Notes: a model not told the origin generated them from the letters alone. A stretch of 64,000 nt of DNA from Candidatus Hadarchaeota archaeon (GCA_964621445.1 CAZUNO010000009.1:35263-99262), one strand, 5' to 3'; numbered from the stretch's first letter, positions 47,721 to 57,021 are shown. Translations and numbers: made by a program.

Positions 47721-48110
47721 ATGTCAAGAACTCCATCGCCGGAGCAGGTGATCGAAAAATTCGCCAGAGGATACCGACGGGGAGATTACTCCGGTATCTA
47801 CAACCTTTATTCAAAACGGAGCGATATCAAGAAAAAGTTCAGCAAGCAGGCATACAGCTCCAAGATGAGAACCACCGCTAAACGAACCCAGATGGAGATT
47901 GAGGAATCCCATGTGGCTGGATCCCAGGTCTCTGGTGGTAAAGCTCGGGTAACTCTGGTCAGCAAGACCAAAAGCATAGTTGGTGAATGGCACATGGAGG
48001 AACAGTTCACCCTGGTACAGGAAGACGGAAGCTGGAGGATCCTTGAAATGAAAAAGGTAAGGCAGTGGCCCGTCGGAGAAAGAGGAACGGCCACCAAGGG
48101 AAGGATGTGA
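47721..48110 (+). CDS. NTF2-like (DUF4878-like) small protein
   Basis: SPEQVIEKF..GDYSGIYNLYS..GKARV..LVQEDGSWRI; ATG 47721 follows a TTTATT element. Confidence 0.6.
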   Translation: MSRTPSPEQVIEKFARGYRRGDYSGIYNLYSKRSDIKKKFSKQAYSSKMRTTAKRTQMEIEESHVAGSQVSGGKARVTLVSKTKSIVGEWHMEEQFTLVQEDGSWRILEMKKVRQWPVGERGTATKGRM

Positions 48111-48114
48111 TAAC

Positions 48115-48672
48115 TTGGCAGAGGTATACTTCGTGGCAGGACTATCAGGAGTTGGAAAATCCTCCGTCGTCAATTACGCCCTGAATAGAATTGAGGGCGT
48201 GGAGAGGGTGAACTTTGGAGATGCCATCATGCAGGAGGCCCTGGACCAGGGGCTTGTCGAGAACCGTGACGAACTTCGGCTGCTCGGCACATCGGTTCAG
48301 AGGGGATTACAGGCCAAGGCGGCCAAGAAGATCGGGAAAATGGAGGGACGGGTAATCGTTGACACCCACCTCACCATACCAACCCCCGATGGCTATGTAC
48401 CGGGTGTTCCCATAGATATCCTGGCCGAGTTGAACCCCAAAAAGATAGTCATACTTGAGGCTGACCCTGGCGACATACTCAAGAGAAGAATATTGGACAA
48501 GGGCAGAGAAAGGGTCGACGAGACCCTGGAAGAGATCGAGGAACACTTCGATTTCGATCGTGCCGCAGCCATATCCATGGCCATCCAGGTTGGGTCACCG
48601 GTGAAAATCATAAGAAATGACATCATAAAGGAGGCCGGGGAGGAGCTTCTCGAACTTCTGAAGAGGGGATAA
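48115..48672 (+). CDS. adkA: Archaeal adenylate kinase
   Basis: GLSGVGKSS, VNFGD, RDELR, VDTH..TPDGYVPG, EADP..ILKRR. Confidence 0.92.
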   Translation: MAEVYFVAGLSGVGKSSVVNYALNRIEGVERVNFGDAIMQEALDQGLVENRDELRLLGTSVQRGLQAKAAKKIGKMEGRVIVDTHLTIPTPDGYVPGVPIDILAELNPKKIVILEADPGDILKRRILDKGRERVDETLEEIEEHFDFDRAAAISMAIQVGSPVKIIRNDIIKEAGEELLELLKRG

Positions 48673-48779
48673 TCCCCCACGTCCCATAAAATGTTCTGAA
48701 ACCTTCACCAAATCTTTTTAAGCATCCGATGCTATCATCCTGACATCGGGGACACCTCAAGAGGGGTGTTGAGTTACAG

Positions 48780-48962
48780 ATGTTAGTATCAAGAATTGCA
48801 ATTAGCGAGGAATCGATAGTTGACGCCGTAGAGAATCTGAGGGTGTCAAGAGAAGGCATCTATCATATAGACGTCGACTCCCTACTGAAAGGAACGCCAC
48901 TTGTCATGAGAGCCGAGAACGGCGTATACTTCATCGGGTCCCGCCAGCCAAAGGATATATAG
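48780..48962 (+). CDS. Small hypothetical protein
   Basis: 60-aa ORF with GAGGGG RBS and upstream TTTTTAA. Confidence 0.5.
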   Translation: MLVSRIAISEESIVDAVENLRVSREGIYHIDVDSLLKGTPLVMRAENGVYFIGSRQPKDI

Positions 48963-49033
48963 AAAGGAATCAAAGTTTGCCCGTAGATACCTTTTAATGG
49001 ATAGATAGTCCAATTACCTCTGGGAAGAGAGTC

Positions 49034-49297
49034 ATGGGTGATTCATCGGCAATAAGGGAAGCAAGAACACATCTGGAGCGCGCGCTTGACCTACTTAGTA
49101 CAAATGACCAGCCTGAAGCAGTGCTCCAGCTACAGATGGTTAGGGATAACCTGGAATCGATCTCGGGGCCTCCTCCCAAGGAAGAGGTCCATAAGAATCA
49201 CGACTGGCTTGTCATCGATCCCTATAGGGCCCAATGCCGCATATGCGGGAGATCAAAGCCCCTGGAAGTCGAGGAGCGCATGATCCCGACCCCCTAG
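49034..49297 (+). CDS. Small protein with HxW..CxxC Zn-binding tail
   Basis: Helical N-terminus, HKNHDW..CRICG. Confidence 0.55.
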   Translation: MGDSSAIREARTHLERALDLLSTNDQPEAVLQLQMVRDNLESISGPPPKEEVHKNHDWLVIDPYRAQCRICGRSKPLEVEERMIPTP

Positions 49298-49537
49298 GGT
49301 GATCCTGTCTTTTCACATCCCTGATAAAATTACTTCAATGCTACTTTTCTATAATCCCCCTAGAACGGATTTAAGGGTCATTGGTCAACCTGGAATAGTA
49401 CAATGATCATGAACCTCCCGACCATCCTGAAATAATCGCAACCAGATCTGGAGATCAATTCCTTAGTTTTATTGGAAATAAAGCAGGTAATTAGGAATTG
49501 AAGCCGGCAATCATAGATTTACCCTGAATTTCCTTCA

Positions 49538-49861
49538 TTGCCGGGTCAGAGGAATGGTATGCTGCTATTGACCAACCAGGTGGATCCCTTCGGTGCGCTG
49601 CTCATGGTGGGGGCGGGCCTTTCGGCCGTAGCGTTAGTTCTATCCATACGGCTCAACCGCATAACCGATTCCTCAAGTCCCTGGAGCACCATATCCACTA
49701 GCATATCGGTGCTCATGGCGGTGATCATTGTCGACCTACTCCTGCTGGCCACAAATTCGCTGAGGACTAACTATTCTGCAGTTCTTCTGGTTCTGGTTTC
49801 AGTCACTCTTGCCCTTTACTACCAGGGAATCCGAAAGCTCCAAAGATTGAGGACGGGATGA
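49538..49861 (+). CDS. Three-TM membrane protein coupled to the KaiC-like gene
   Basis: Three hydrophobic helices; ATGA overlap with the next gene. Confidence 0.6.
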   Translation: MPGQRNGMLLLTNQVDPFGALLMVGAGLSAVALVLSIRLNRITDSSSPWSTISTSISVLMAVIIVDLLLLATNSLRTNYSAVLLVLVSVTLALYYQGIRKLQRLRTG

Positions 49862-51384
49862 ACCACATGGAAACTTATCTCCCCATCATAGGCATTGGCT
49901 TCCTATTCACCCTGGCATTCTCGATTTGGGTCCTCTACAAGACCAATCAGCTTATTCGGAAGAAGACGACCATCAGGGCCTGGAGACTCAAGTTATTTGC
50001 ACTGCTCCAGTTCGCACATCTGTCCATTCTCACTATGTCCCTCATACACCCAAATACCCCAACGGGAACTATGGTCCTAAACGCACTTTTTTCAATCCTT
50101 GTACCATCCTCGGCCATTCTCACCCTTCAATCCCTACTGCATCTATTCAATGATGAGGTCAGTGATGTAGAGAATATCGAATGGTCACTGCTGGGAAAGA
50201 GGATTGGGGCGTGTAAGTTTTTCTGCTTAATAACCAGAAAGGTCGTCAGTCTCACCAAACCGGCCCTGGGCCTGGAGATGATACGGTCCATCCACTCCGA
50301 ACTTGCCGGTTCATATCCCTCATTGAGAACGCTGTCCATAGACCAGGACGGTTCAGTTACCTGGAATTCCTCCCATGCACAGGATTCCGATGCAGGACGA
50401 GCCATCTATTCATTTTCCCTCTTTCTTAACTCCATCTATCGGTCCTACGGGAAGGTCCTGGGCAGGGATGCAGAAAGTAGATTGAAGGACGCTCTTCAAC
50501 CCATAATCGAGGATGTGCAGGTATCCCCGGAAAGCAAGGATCGCATCCTTTCCTCCCTTTTCGGCGGTCTTTTCTCCGAGAAAGCGGCGACTGGTACCGC
50601 CCTGGACAACTTGCTCGCAGGAGGACTGAACAGAGGCACAATCAACCTCCTTGTTGCACGGCCGCATGAGGCGAGAAATAGCTTCCAGACCAGCTTCCTA
50701 GTCCAGGGAATCCTCTCCGGTGAGAGAACTCTCTACGTAACTTCAACCCGACCCCCGAATCAAATAAGGGAAAATTATAGGGAACTGATAGGGAAAACCG
50801 GCGACGCTCTTCACATAGTAGATTGCCATAGCTTCCTGGCCGGCAAGACGGAGGAGTACAAGGCCTTTGAAAATGAAAATATCATTCAATGCCCCAACTT
50901 CGAGCTGGTGAACTATGCCATATCCGAAGCGCTTCCGGAATCCAGCACCCGCCACGGCAGGGCTTTGCTGGACATTCTGCCATCATGGATTATGGTATCT
51001 AAGGACCGTTCCATGGAATCCATCATCAGCAGCATTGCCTCGATGGCAGAGGAGTTCAGGAAGAAGGGCATCGTCTCGGTCTTCCTACTAGATCCCTCCC
51101 TGCTGGAAAAGAAGGACCAGTCCTTATTGTCCGAATTGGTCGATGCCAGCATCGAGTTAAAGGAGAGAAACGATCAACTCGAAATTCGCATACCCAAGGG
51201 TGCCCCAAGAAATAGCCGCAGGTCAAAAGTTTCCATCCAGAAGTGGACAACGGAAACCATCTCTCATCTGGTCAGGTCGGGGGGAAGTAAGATCGATTTC
51301 CGTTCACGAAGTCCCCGAATTAGCGGAGGCCATGAAGCGGCCCTGTCATCGACTGATGCAGGGACAAAGACCTGCCAGGTATAG
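49858..51384 (+). CDS. Membrane-anchored inactive KaiC/RecA-fold ATPase
   Basis: 3 N-terminal TM; TG..LDNLLAGGLNRG, LYVTS..P, IVDCHS, LSELVDASIEL; Walker A degenerate (ARPHEARN). Confidence 0.7.
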   Translation: MNHMETYLPIIGIGFLFTLAFSIWVLYKTNQLIRKKTTIRAWRLKLFALLQFAHLSILTMSLIHPNTPTGTMVLNALFSILVPSSAILTLQSLLHLFNDEVSDVENIEWSLLGKRIGACKFFCLITRKVVSLTKPALGLEMIRSIHSELAGSYPSLRTLSIDQDGSVTWNSSHAQDSDAGRAIYSFSLFLNSIYRSYGKVLGRDAESRLKDALQPIIEDVQVSPESKDRILSSLFGGLFSEKAATGTALDNLLAGGLNRGTINLLVARPHEARNSFQTSFLVQGILSGERTLYVTSTRPPNQIRENYRELIGKTGDALHIVDCHSFLAGKTEEYKAFENENIIQCPNFELVNYAISEALPESSTRHGRALLDILPSWIMVSKDRSMESIISSIASMAEEFRKKGIVSVFLLDPSLLEKKDQSLLSELVDASIELKERNDQLEIRIPKGAPRNSRRSKVSIQKWTTETISHLVRSGGSKIDFRSRSPRISGGHEAALSSTDAGTKTCQV

Positions 51385-51386
51385 GA

Positions 51387-52037
51387 TTATTTCTCCACCA
51401 AGGCGATGGCCCTGATCCAGGAGGAGTCTATGCCGTTAAGGTATATTGGCAAACCTATGTATAGGAACCTCTCCGTGTCCAGCTTCTCCAGGTTCTTTAG
51501 ACCCTCTATTATGGGGATGTCATTTAGGAGGAATGTCTCATGACTGGCCATGGAACCCGGTGCCTCAAGTCCCACTCCCTGTATACCAATCATTTTGACA
51601 CCCCTTTCCTGGAGAAATTCCGCGGCTCCAGGAGATATATAGGGTGCATCTTCCCCCTCCCTCGAGCTCCACATGAGGACAATATCCCCGGCCCGGACCT
51701 CCTGAAGGTGATTGGGTTCTATGGGCCGTGACCCATCCTCGGAGGGAGGAATGTCATCAAATCTGAGAAGGATGGCCTTCCCAATGAAGGTTCGTATTGG
51801 AAGGTCGGAAAGGCATTTCCCAGCGTCCGGATGATGGCTCGGGCCCTCTACGTGGGTTCCAATATGGCTCTCCGTCTCCACCCAGTTCATTAGCATCTTG
51901 TCCGGTTCAAAGATGAACTCCCTGATTTCCAGACATCTCGATTCCGAACCGTGGACATACTCTCCGTTCACCTTTAGTATACCGGGTTTCATTTCCTGGG
52001 ATAGGTCAACGATTTCGTACATATCAAGATCAACCAT
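51387..52037 (-). CDS. Cyclase/kynurenine-formamidase family metallohydrolase
   Basis: IVDLSQ, HIGTHVEGPSH, H..LL.NDIPIIEGLKNL, IRAIA. Confidence 0.85.
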   Translation of the reverse strand: MVDLDMYEIVDLSQEMKPGILKVNGEYVHGSESRCLEIREFIFEPDKMLMNWVETESHIGTHVEGPSHHPDAGKCLSDLPIRTFIGKAILLRFDDIPPSEDGSRPIEPNHLQEVRAGDIVLMWSSREGEDAPYISPGAAEFLQERGVKMIGIQGVGLEAPGSMASHETFLLNDIPIIEGLKNLEKLDTERFLYIGLPIYLNGIDSSWIRAIALVEK

Positions 52038-52143
52038 TACAATCGATTGGATTATCAGGGGATATATGAAAACTATGATGTCCTGGTTGATTGTTTATCA
52101 GGATGGAAAGCATTTTTCAGAAATAGCACACACCAGCTCAAGT

Positions 52144-52265
52144 CCCGCGGTAGCTCAACTTGGCAGAGCGGACGGCTGTAGACCCATGTCCGTGATAGCC
52201 ACCGTCAGGCGTGGGGTCCCCATGCCCGGTATAGGTTGTGAGTTCAAATCTCACCCGCGGGACCA
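52144..52265 (+). tRNA. tRNA-Tyr(GTA) with two introns (52182-52200 at 37/38; 52207-52232 at 43/44), CCA encoded
   Basis: CCCGCGG/CCGCGGG-A-CCA acceptor with C1-G72 (archaeal Tyr identity); GACGG/CCGTC anticodon stem; GTGAG-TTCAAAT-CTCAC T arm; BHB motifs. Confidence 0.9.
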
Positions 52266-52329
52266 TCTGATTTTTACTATAGGTAAAAATGCTTAAGAGA
52301 GTGAAGCCCCCCAAAAATGGGTCTCCGAA

Positions 52330-52560
52330 TTGAAAGAGGGAATAGTTAGGGGTTTGAGCATTGGAACGGGAGCAATAGTTCTAGTGGCCATAGTGCTAAT
52401 CGTGGGCCTCATGGTCCTGAAGCTGGTATGGGCCTGGGTAGTTCCCGACATGTTTCCAGGGGCGGTGGAAAAAGGTCTCATTGCCGGGGAAATCTCCTGG
52501 TGGACCAGCCTCAAACTTGCCATAGTGCTGGCCGTATTATCCATTTTTCTACGGACGTGA
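52330..52560 (+). CDS. Small two-TM membrane protein
   Basis: LVWAWVVPDMFPGAVEKGLIAGEISWWTSLKLA, hydrophobic. Confidence 0.7.
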   Translation: MKEGIVRGLSIGTGAIVLVAIVLIVGLMVLKLVWAWVVPDMFPGAVEKGLIAGEISWWTSLKLAIVLAVLSIFLRT

Positions 52561-52597
52561 TTCCGGAGGTTAACCTCATTGAAGGAGATGGGAAAAA

Positions 52598-53128
52598 ATG
52601 AATAGGAAAATCCACCAGACCGACCTGGAACTGATTCAAGGCGACATAACCCAAGCGGATATGGAGGCCATAGTTAACGCGGCAAACTCATCGCTTACGA
52701 TGGGAGGCGGCGTGGCCGGCGCCATCAGGAGGAAGGGTGGACCCAGCATACAGAGGGAATGCGACGAGATCGGCGGTACCCATGTTGGTGGAGCGGTCTT
52801 AACCACTGGAGGCCGGTTAAGGGCCGATTATGTTATACATGCAGTGGGGCCTAGAATGGGAGAGGGAAGAGAGGACCAGAAGCTCGGTGATGCAACCCGT
52901 AATTCCCTGAAACTTGCTGAGGAGAAGGGCATCAAGAGCATAGCGTTTCCGGCCATATCCACCGGAATATTCGGCTTTCCCCTTGACATATGCGCAAAGG
53001 TCATGCTATCCACGACCCTGGATTACCTCAAGGATAACTCCCGCCTGTCGAGAGTCGTCTTCTACCTTTATGACCAGGAAGCGTTAAGGATTTTTAAGGA
53101 GGAACTCAACTCCCAGCTCGGGGAATGA
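52598..53128 (+). CDS. Macrodomain (O-acetyl-ADP-ribose deacetylase/ADP-ribosylhydrolase)
   Basis: GDIT, AIVNAAN, GGGVAGAI, VIHAVGP, AFPAISTGIFGFP. Confidence 0.93.
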   Translation: MNRKIHQTDLELIQGDITQADMEAIVNAANSSLTMGGGVAGAIRRKGGPSIQRECDEIGGTHVGGAVLTTGGRLRADYVIHAVGPRMGEGREDQKLGDATRNSLKLAEEKGIKSIAFPAISTGIFGFPLDICAKVMLSTTLDYLKDNSRLSRVVFYLYDQEALRIFKEELNSQLGE

Positions 53129-53131
53129 TGT

Positions 53132-54244
53132 TTAGCTCTTGAACTCGGCCTCTAGCTCCCTTATTCTGTTCATGTAGTAACGGAAGTTCTCCCAAGGTAT
53201 ATCCGGAGGCGCTGCGTGGTCCAGGGAGGGAATGAATCCACCTCTCTCAAGCATGGGTTTCACCTTGCCTTCCAGCTCCTTGTCTATAGCCCTTTTGTCC
53301 TTAGCCAAGGCCAGCTTGTCCAGCCCGCAAAAGATGGTCAGCTCAGGAAACTCCTCGCCTATCTTCACCACGTCGTTCCCGGCTTGAACCTCAAAGGGGA
53401 TCATGCCGTTGACTCCCCCGCGCCGGAATAGGGGTAGCAGGTCGATCACCTTCCCGTCGCTGTCAACTATAACGTTTTCTACCCCTATCCTGTTGGCGTG
53501 GGAGGTTAGCTTACTATAGCAGGGGAGCAGGAACTTCTCGAATAGGGCTGGGCTGATCAGGGGGCCGTTTCTATAACACATGTCCTCCCACACCATTATG
53601 TAGTCCAAGTCAACGTTTTCCTGGACCCTGCTCAGGACCTCCATGTTGAATTTGGTCCAGTGATCCAGTATCCGCTTCACGAGGCCGCCCTCCCTGTACA
53701 TGAAATGGGGGACCTTGGAGGGTCCCAATAGATTGCGGAGATGGCCATAAAAGCCACAGAGGGGCATGGCGATGGGGAAGTCCCTGTCCGAGTATCTTTC
53801 AACCAGCTCGCTCCAGTCACCAGGATACCGCCTCTCGTCGCTGGCATCCAGTCTACCCACCAACTGATTGTAGTCATCCCCATTCTTTACCGGGAACTCC
53901 AGCCACTGGGGAATGGAGTTACCCTTGCCGGCCTTGAATTCGCGTCGAATCACCCCGTTCTGGTCCCTTACCACCCTTGAGTCCTTCCCCTTCTCAAGCA
54001 CCACCACCTCGAATTCTGGGAGGTAGGGAGTGCTGGTAAAACCCGACTTGACGGGGATCTTGGAGGAAAAGTGGAGAGGAGATATCTGAGGGTCCATTTC
54101 GAATACCTCATCGGGGTGACCCTCCAGCCCCTCGGACCTCCATGTGTCCAGGGTTTCCCCCCAGTAGGCAATGCACTCCCAGCGGAATGGCCTGTCCGGA
54201 TCACCGAATTCGAAAACCTCCAGTAATCTTTCCCTGGCGTTCAA
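53132..54244 (-). CDS. Uroporphyrinogen decarboxylase-family (MtaA/CmuA-like) protein
   Basis: MNARER..PDR, WEDMCYRNGPLISP, DSDG, PFEVQAG, GLDK, GGFIPSLDH. Confidence 0.85.
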   Translation of the reverse strand: MNARERLLEVFEFGDPDRPFRWECIAYWGETLDTWRSEGLEGHPDEVFEMDPQISPLHFSSKIPVKSGFTSTPYLPEFEVVVLEKGKDSRVVRDQNGVIRREFKAGKGNSIPQWLEFPVKNGDDYNQLVGRLDASDERRYPGDWSELVERYSDRDFPIAMPLCGFYGHLRNLLGPSKVPHFMYREGGLVKRILDHWTKFNMEVLSRVQENVDLDYIMVWEDMCYRNGPLISPALFEKFLLPCYSKLTSHANRIGVENVIVDSDGKVIDLLPLFRRGGVNGMIPFEVQAGNDVVKIGEEFPELTIFCGLDKLALAKDKRAIDKELEGKVKPMLERGGFIPSLDHAAPPDIPWENFRYYMNRIRELEAEFKS

Positions 54245-54407
54245 AACAAAAGAGGAGATGAACCTTCCCTAAAAAAAGCTTCCCGGTGGTTCGAATCGAT
54301 ATGCACTCCAGGCAACCCCGGGAGGCACAGCATCAAATCCATTTGGTGCCTTCTGAAGGAGAACACCTCGCCGTTTTTATAAAGAAACCCGGACATCAAA
54401 TACCTGA

Positions 54408-54974
54408 ATGAAGGTCTCTTCACTGGGGGAGCTACTCGAGGAGATAGAGAGCTGCCAGGATCAAACTGAACCGGATGACCCGCACGAAGAGACCGGGAAA
54501 TCCCCCGTTTTGGGGGATTCGAAAAAGAAACTGAGACCAAGATTGATATCCAGTTTGGACAAGGAATACCTAGAGGCCCTGTCACTGATTGGATATAGGA
54601 GGCAAGGGCGTGACCTCCTTCAAAGGGCCTACCGTGCCAAGGAAAGCGAGGTTGAAAACCGGCGCTGGCTGTCTCCCCCGACTGAACCGCTAACGGACCT
54701 GGATATCGAGTACCTGGAAGCCCTGATTCTCCTTGGGGACCGGAAATCCGCCTTGATCGAGGTCCATAAGATAATTGATCAACACGAGATAAGGGTCCAC
54801 GGGCAGATAATGGACAAGGAATCCGCCTCCTCCCCCATTGATCAGGAATATCTTAGGATCATGGAAATGATAGATCGGGGGCAAACTCTAAGAAATAACG
54901 AGAAGAAGGATGGACACGAAATCCTCTACCTTCTAAAGGACATTTTTAGATCGCTTAAGATCAGGAGCATCTGA
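54408..54974 (+). CDS. Hypothetical protein with three DxEYL helical repeats
   Basis: LDKEYLEALSLIG / LDIEYLEALILLG / IDQEYLRIMEMID; TTTTATAAA upstream. Confidence 0.6.
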   Translation: MKVSSLGELLEEIESCQDQTEPDDPHEETGKSPVLGDSKKKLRPRLISSLDKEYLEALSLIGYRRQGRDLLQRAYRAKESEVENRRWLSPPTEPLTDLDIEYLEALILLGDRKSALIEVHKIIDQHEIRVHGQIMDKESASSPIDQEYLRIMEMIDRGQTLRNNEKKDGHEILYLLKDIFRSLKIRSI

Positions 54975-54992
54975 TTATCTTTCACCAGGGTT

Positions 54993-56150
54993 CTATTTTT
55001 TGGACTTTTTCTTTTTCTTCTTCTTTTTCCTCAGGGAATCCACCTCGGAGGGCAGCTCCAGGTCCCGCAAGGGCAGCGCCGCCTCCTCCCTCATAATCTC
55101 TATTAGCCTCTCGTTACCTTTCTTCCTCTTGGTGTGAGATAGCCTCCTGAGGGTCTTGGGCTTGGTCAGTTTCCGTCGTTCCAGTTCACCCCTCTCCAGT
55201 AGTCCATCAAGGATTTCCTCGCCCTCTACGGTCCTGGCTATAACCGCACACCAACCACCCGGAGCGCCCACCGAACCCACGGAGATGTCGGCGAGTTCCG
55301 CCGTAAAGTCCCTACAGGCAAGGCATCCAGGATTGACGACCTCCTCCATCTCCTTGAGTCCTATCTTCTCGGTTCTACCACCACTCTCGACCAGGAAGGT
55401 TCCCTTGATAGACAGCTTGGTTATCTCATTTGGGTCTATACCCCTCTGGGGCAGGAAATCGGTAAGCATATCCGAGCAGAAATTCTCACTGCAGAACAGA
55501 CCTATGGTCATTGTCACCCTTTTTGCCAGGTTCTTGGGGCCGCCTTTCTCCAGCTTTCTGTAGGCAGCTATATGGCAGGGAAGGCCAACGAGGGCCACCC
55601 TCTCCAGCCCCTGGTCCTTGGCCCATTTCAGGGCCAAAAGATTGGGCGAAAGATTGTACTTTGAGCCCGACGCGCTCCTCGCCTCATCCCAGCTCCTGGC
55701 CAGGTAAGGTTGTCCCTGGAAATTTTCGTTCTCCTTGCAGACAATAGCCCCGTCTATCAACTCGTTTTCGAAAGCTTGCTTGAGAATGGCAGAAACTACC
55801 CCACCGTCCTGACTAGATTCTCGAATCTTTGCGTCGGTTGCCCTCGCCGAAAATTTGGCCCGGTAGTATCCTAACTCGTCACGCTTACCCTCAAAGAGGA
55901 GTTCCTGCAGCTCCCTGGTATTTGAGAAACTCCTGGGACAGTGAACAGCACAAAGGCCGCAGGACACACAATCGTTTGCCTCATCCAGAACCGGACTGCC
56001 CTTAGGGGAGTAAACGATTGCATCCTTGGGACATACCGCCGCACACATCCCGCACCCCGAGCAAAGCCCCCTACCAACGACCTCCTTTCCTAGGGTATCG
56101 AAGCCCTCTTCCCTTGCTCGCTTCCTGAAAAGATCAATGGCTGATTCCAA
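54993..56150 (-). CDS. Coenzyme F420 hydrogenase/dehydrogenase beta-subunit family (FrhB/FpoF-like) with N-terminal 2x[4Fe-4S]
   Basis: CSGCGMCAAVCP, CVSCGLCAVHCP, SQDGGVVSA, SGSKY, VGLPCH, IGLFC, C..CRDF..ADISVGSVGAP.GW; start taken as TTG 56150. Confidence 0.88.
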   Translation of the reverse strand: MESAIDLFRKRAREEGFDTLGKEVVGRGLCSGCGMCAAVCPKDAIVYSPKGSPVLDEANDCVSCGLCAVHCPRSFSNTRELQELLFEGKRDELGYYRAKFSARATDAKIRESSQDGGVVSAILKQAFENELIDGAIVCKENENFQGQPYLARSWDEARSASGSKYNLSPNLLALKWAKDQGLERVALVGLPCHIAAYRKLEKGGPKNLAKRVTMTIGLFCSENFCSDMLTDFLPQRGIDPNEITKLSIKGTFLVESGGRTEKIGLKEMEEVVNPGCLACRDFTAELADISVGSVGAPGGWCAVIARTVEGEEILDGLLERGELERRKLTKPKTLRRLSHTKRKKGNERLIEIMREEAALPLRDLELPSEVDSLRKKKKKKKKSKK

Positions 56151-56310
56151 TTTATTACTTCCCTTTGGCCAGTAAATACCGCTAACTGAATTTCCCTCCC
56201 AACGACATAGAATAAATGTATTCGGGACCAAGCATCATTTCAACAACTGTAAACACCGGGGCTAAAACCAGTCTTTTTAAGTTAGCCTCCTAGGATGGGC
56301 TGTGAGAAAC

Positions 56311-56475
56311 ATGGAATCCCCAAGTAATCGCAAGGCTGAGCGAAAGCCCACCTCCAAGAACCTGGTAAGCAGGCTCCGTGATTATGTTGAGTCCAAGAAT
56401 ATGAGCTGCATACTGGAGAAGGAGGATGGGGCCATAGTGCTCCAGTTCAAGCGAGGCCGGTCCTGCCTGGGATAG
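56311..56475 (+). CDS. 54-aa hypothetical protein (below the ORF-track cutoff)
   Basis: MESPSNRK..NLVSRLRDYVESKNMSCILEKEDGAIVLQFKRG; TTTTTAA promoter upstream. Confidence 0.45.
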   Translation: MESPSNRKAERKPTSKNLVSRLRDYVESKNMSCILEKEDGAIVLQFKRGRSCLG

Positions 56476-56519
56476 GCAATTGATCAAATTTTTCAACAAC
56501 ATCCGCCTCTCCTACCCAG

Positions 56520-56618
56520 GCCGGGGTAGCCAAGACTGGAAAGGCGGCAGATTCGAGAGGTAAAACCGTCATATCTGTTGCTCTTTTGAGCACGTGGGTT
56601 CAAATCCTGCCCCCGGCG
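56520..56618 (+). tRNA. tRNA-Ser(CGA) with 15-nt intron (56558-56572) at 37/38
   Basis: GCCGGGG/CCCCGGC-G acceptor; GCAGA/TCTGT anticodon stem; long variable arm TGCTC-TTTT-GAGCA; TTCAAAT T loop. Confidence 0.9.
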
Positions 56619-56667
56619 CTCTTTTACCGGTATGACTCCTAATTTTGGGGTGTATATTTTTTTCAGG

Positions 56668-56822
56668 ATGAGACTTGGCACAAAGAAGCGGGTTATTCAT
56701 TCTTACTCATCGCTATACCGGCTGATTGGTAGAAGAAGACCGCTGAGAAACAGGGCTTAAGCATATCTAGGATCGTAATTGAACATTTTGAGAACTCGTT
56801 TAGAAGGGGTCCCTTTCCTTTA
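56668..56822 (+). pseudogene. Possible decayed ribbon-helix-helix-like gene fragment
   Basis: TKKRVIHSY then, in a shifted frame, DW*KKTAEKQGLSISRIVIEHFENS; contains a stop and a frameshift. Confidence 0.3.
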
Positions 56823-57021
56823 GCCCAGTCCGAGCTGGTATCGAATGGGTAAAGGAATATCCAAATAGCTCCTGGGAGACATGAGGATCTCGCAGGGAGA
56901 GACCACACAGCGCCCTAACACCGGAATCACGTATCGAGAGTCATTTGAGAGGTTTACTAATAGCTCCAGGAGTCGTTTTGGATGTGATTTCCGGGCCCAG
57001 CACCAAGACCTCAACCCTTAA

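Noticed and set aside
56547-56578. Alternative splicing of tRNA-Ser giving a UCA (Sec/opal) anticodon
   Set aside because: Would put U at position 37 and has no BHB at those junctions; acceptor and T arms are canonical 7/5; Ser(CGA) with a 37/38 intron fits better
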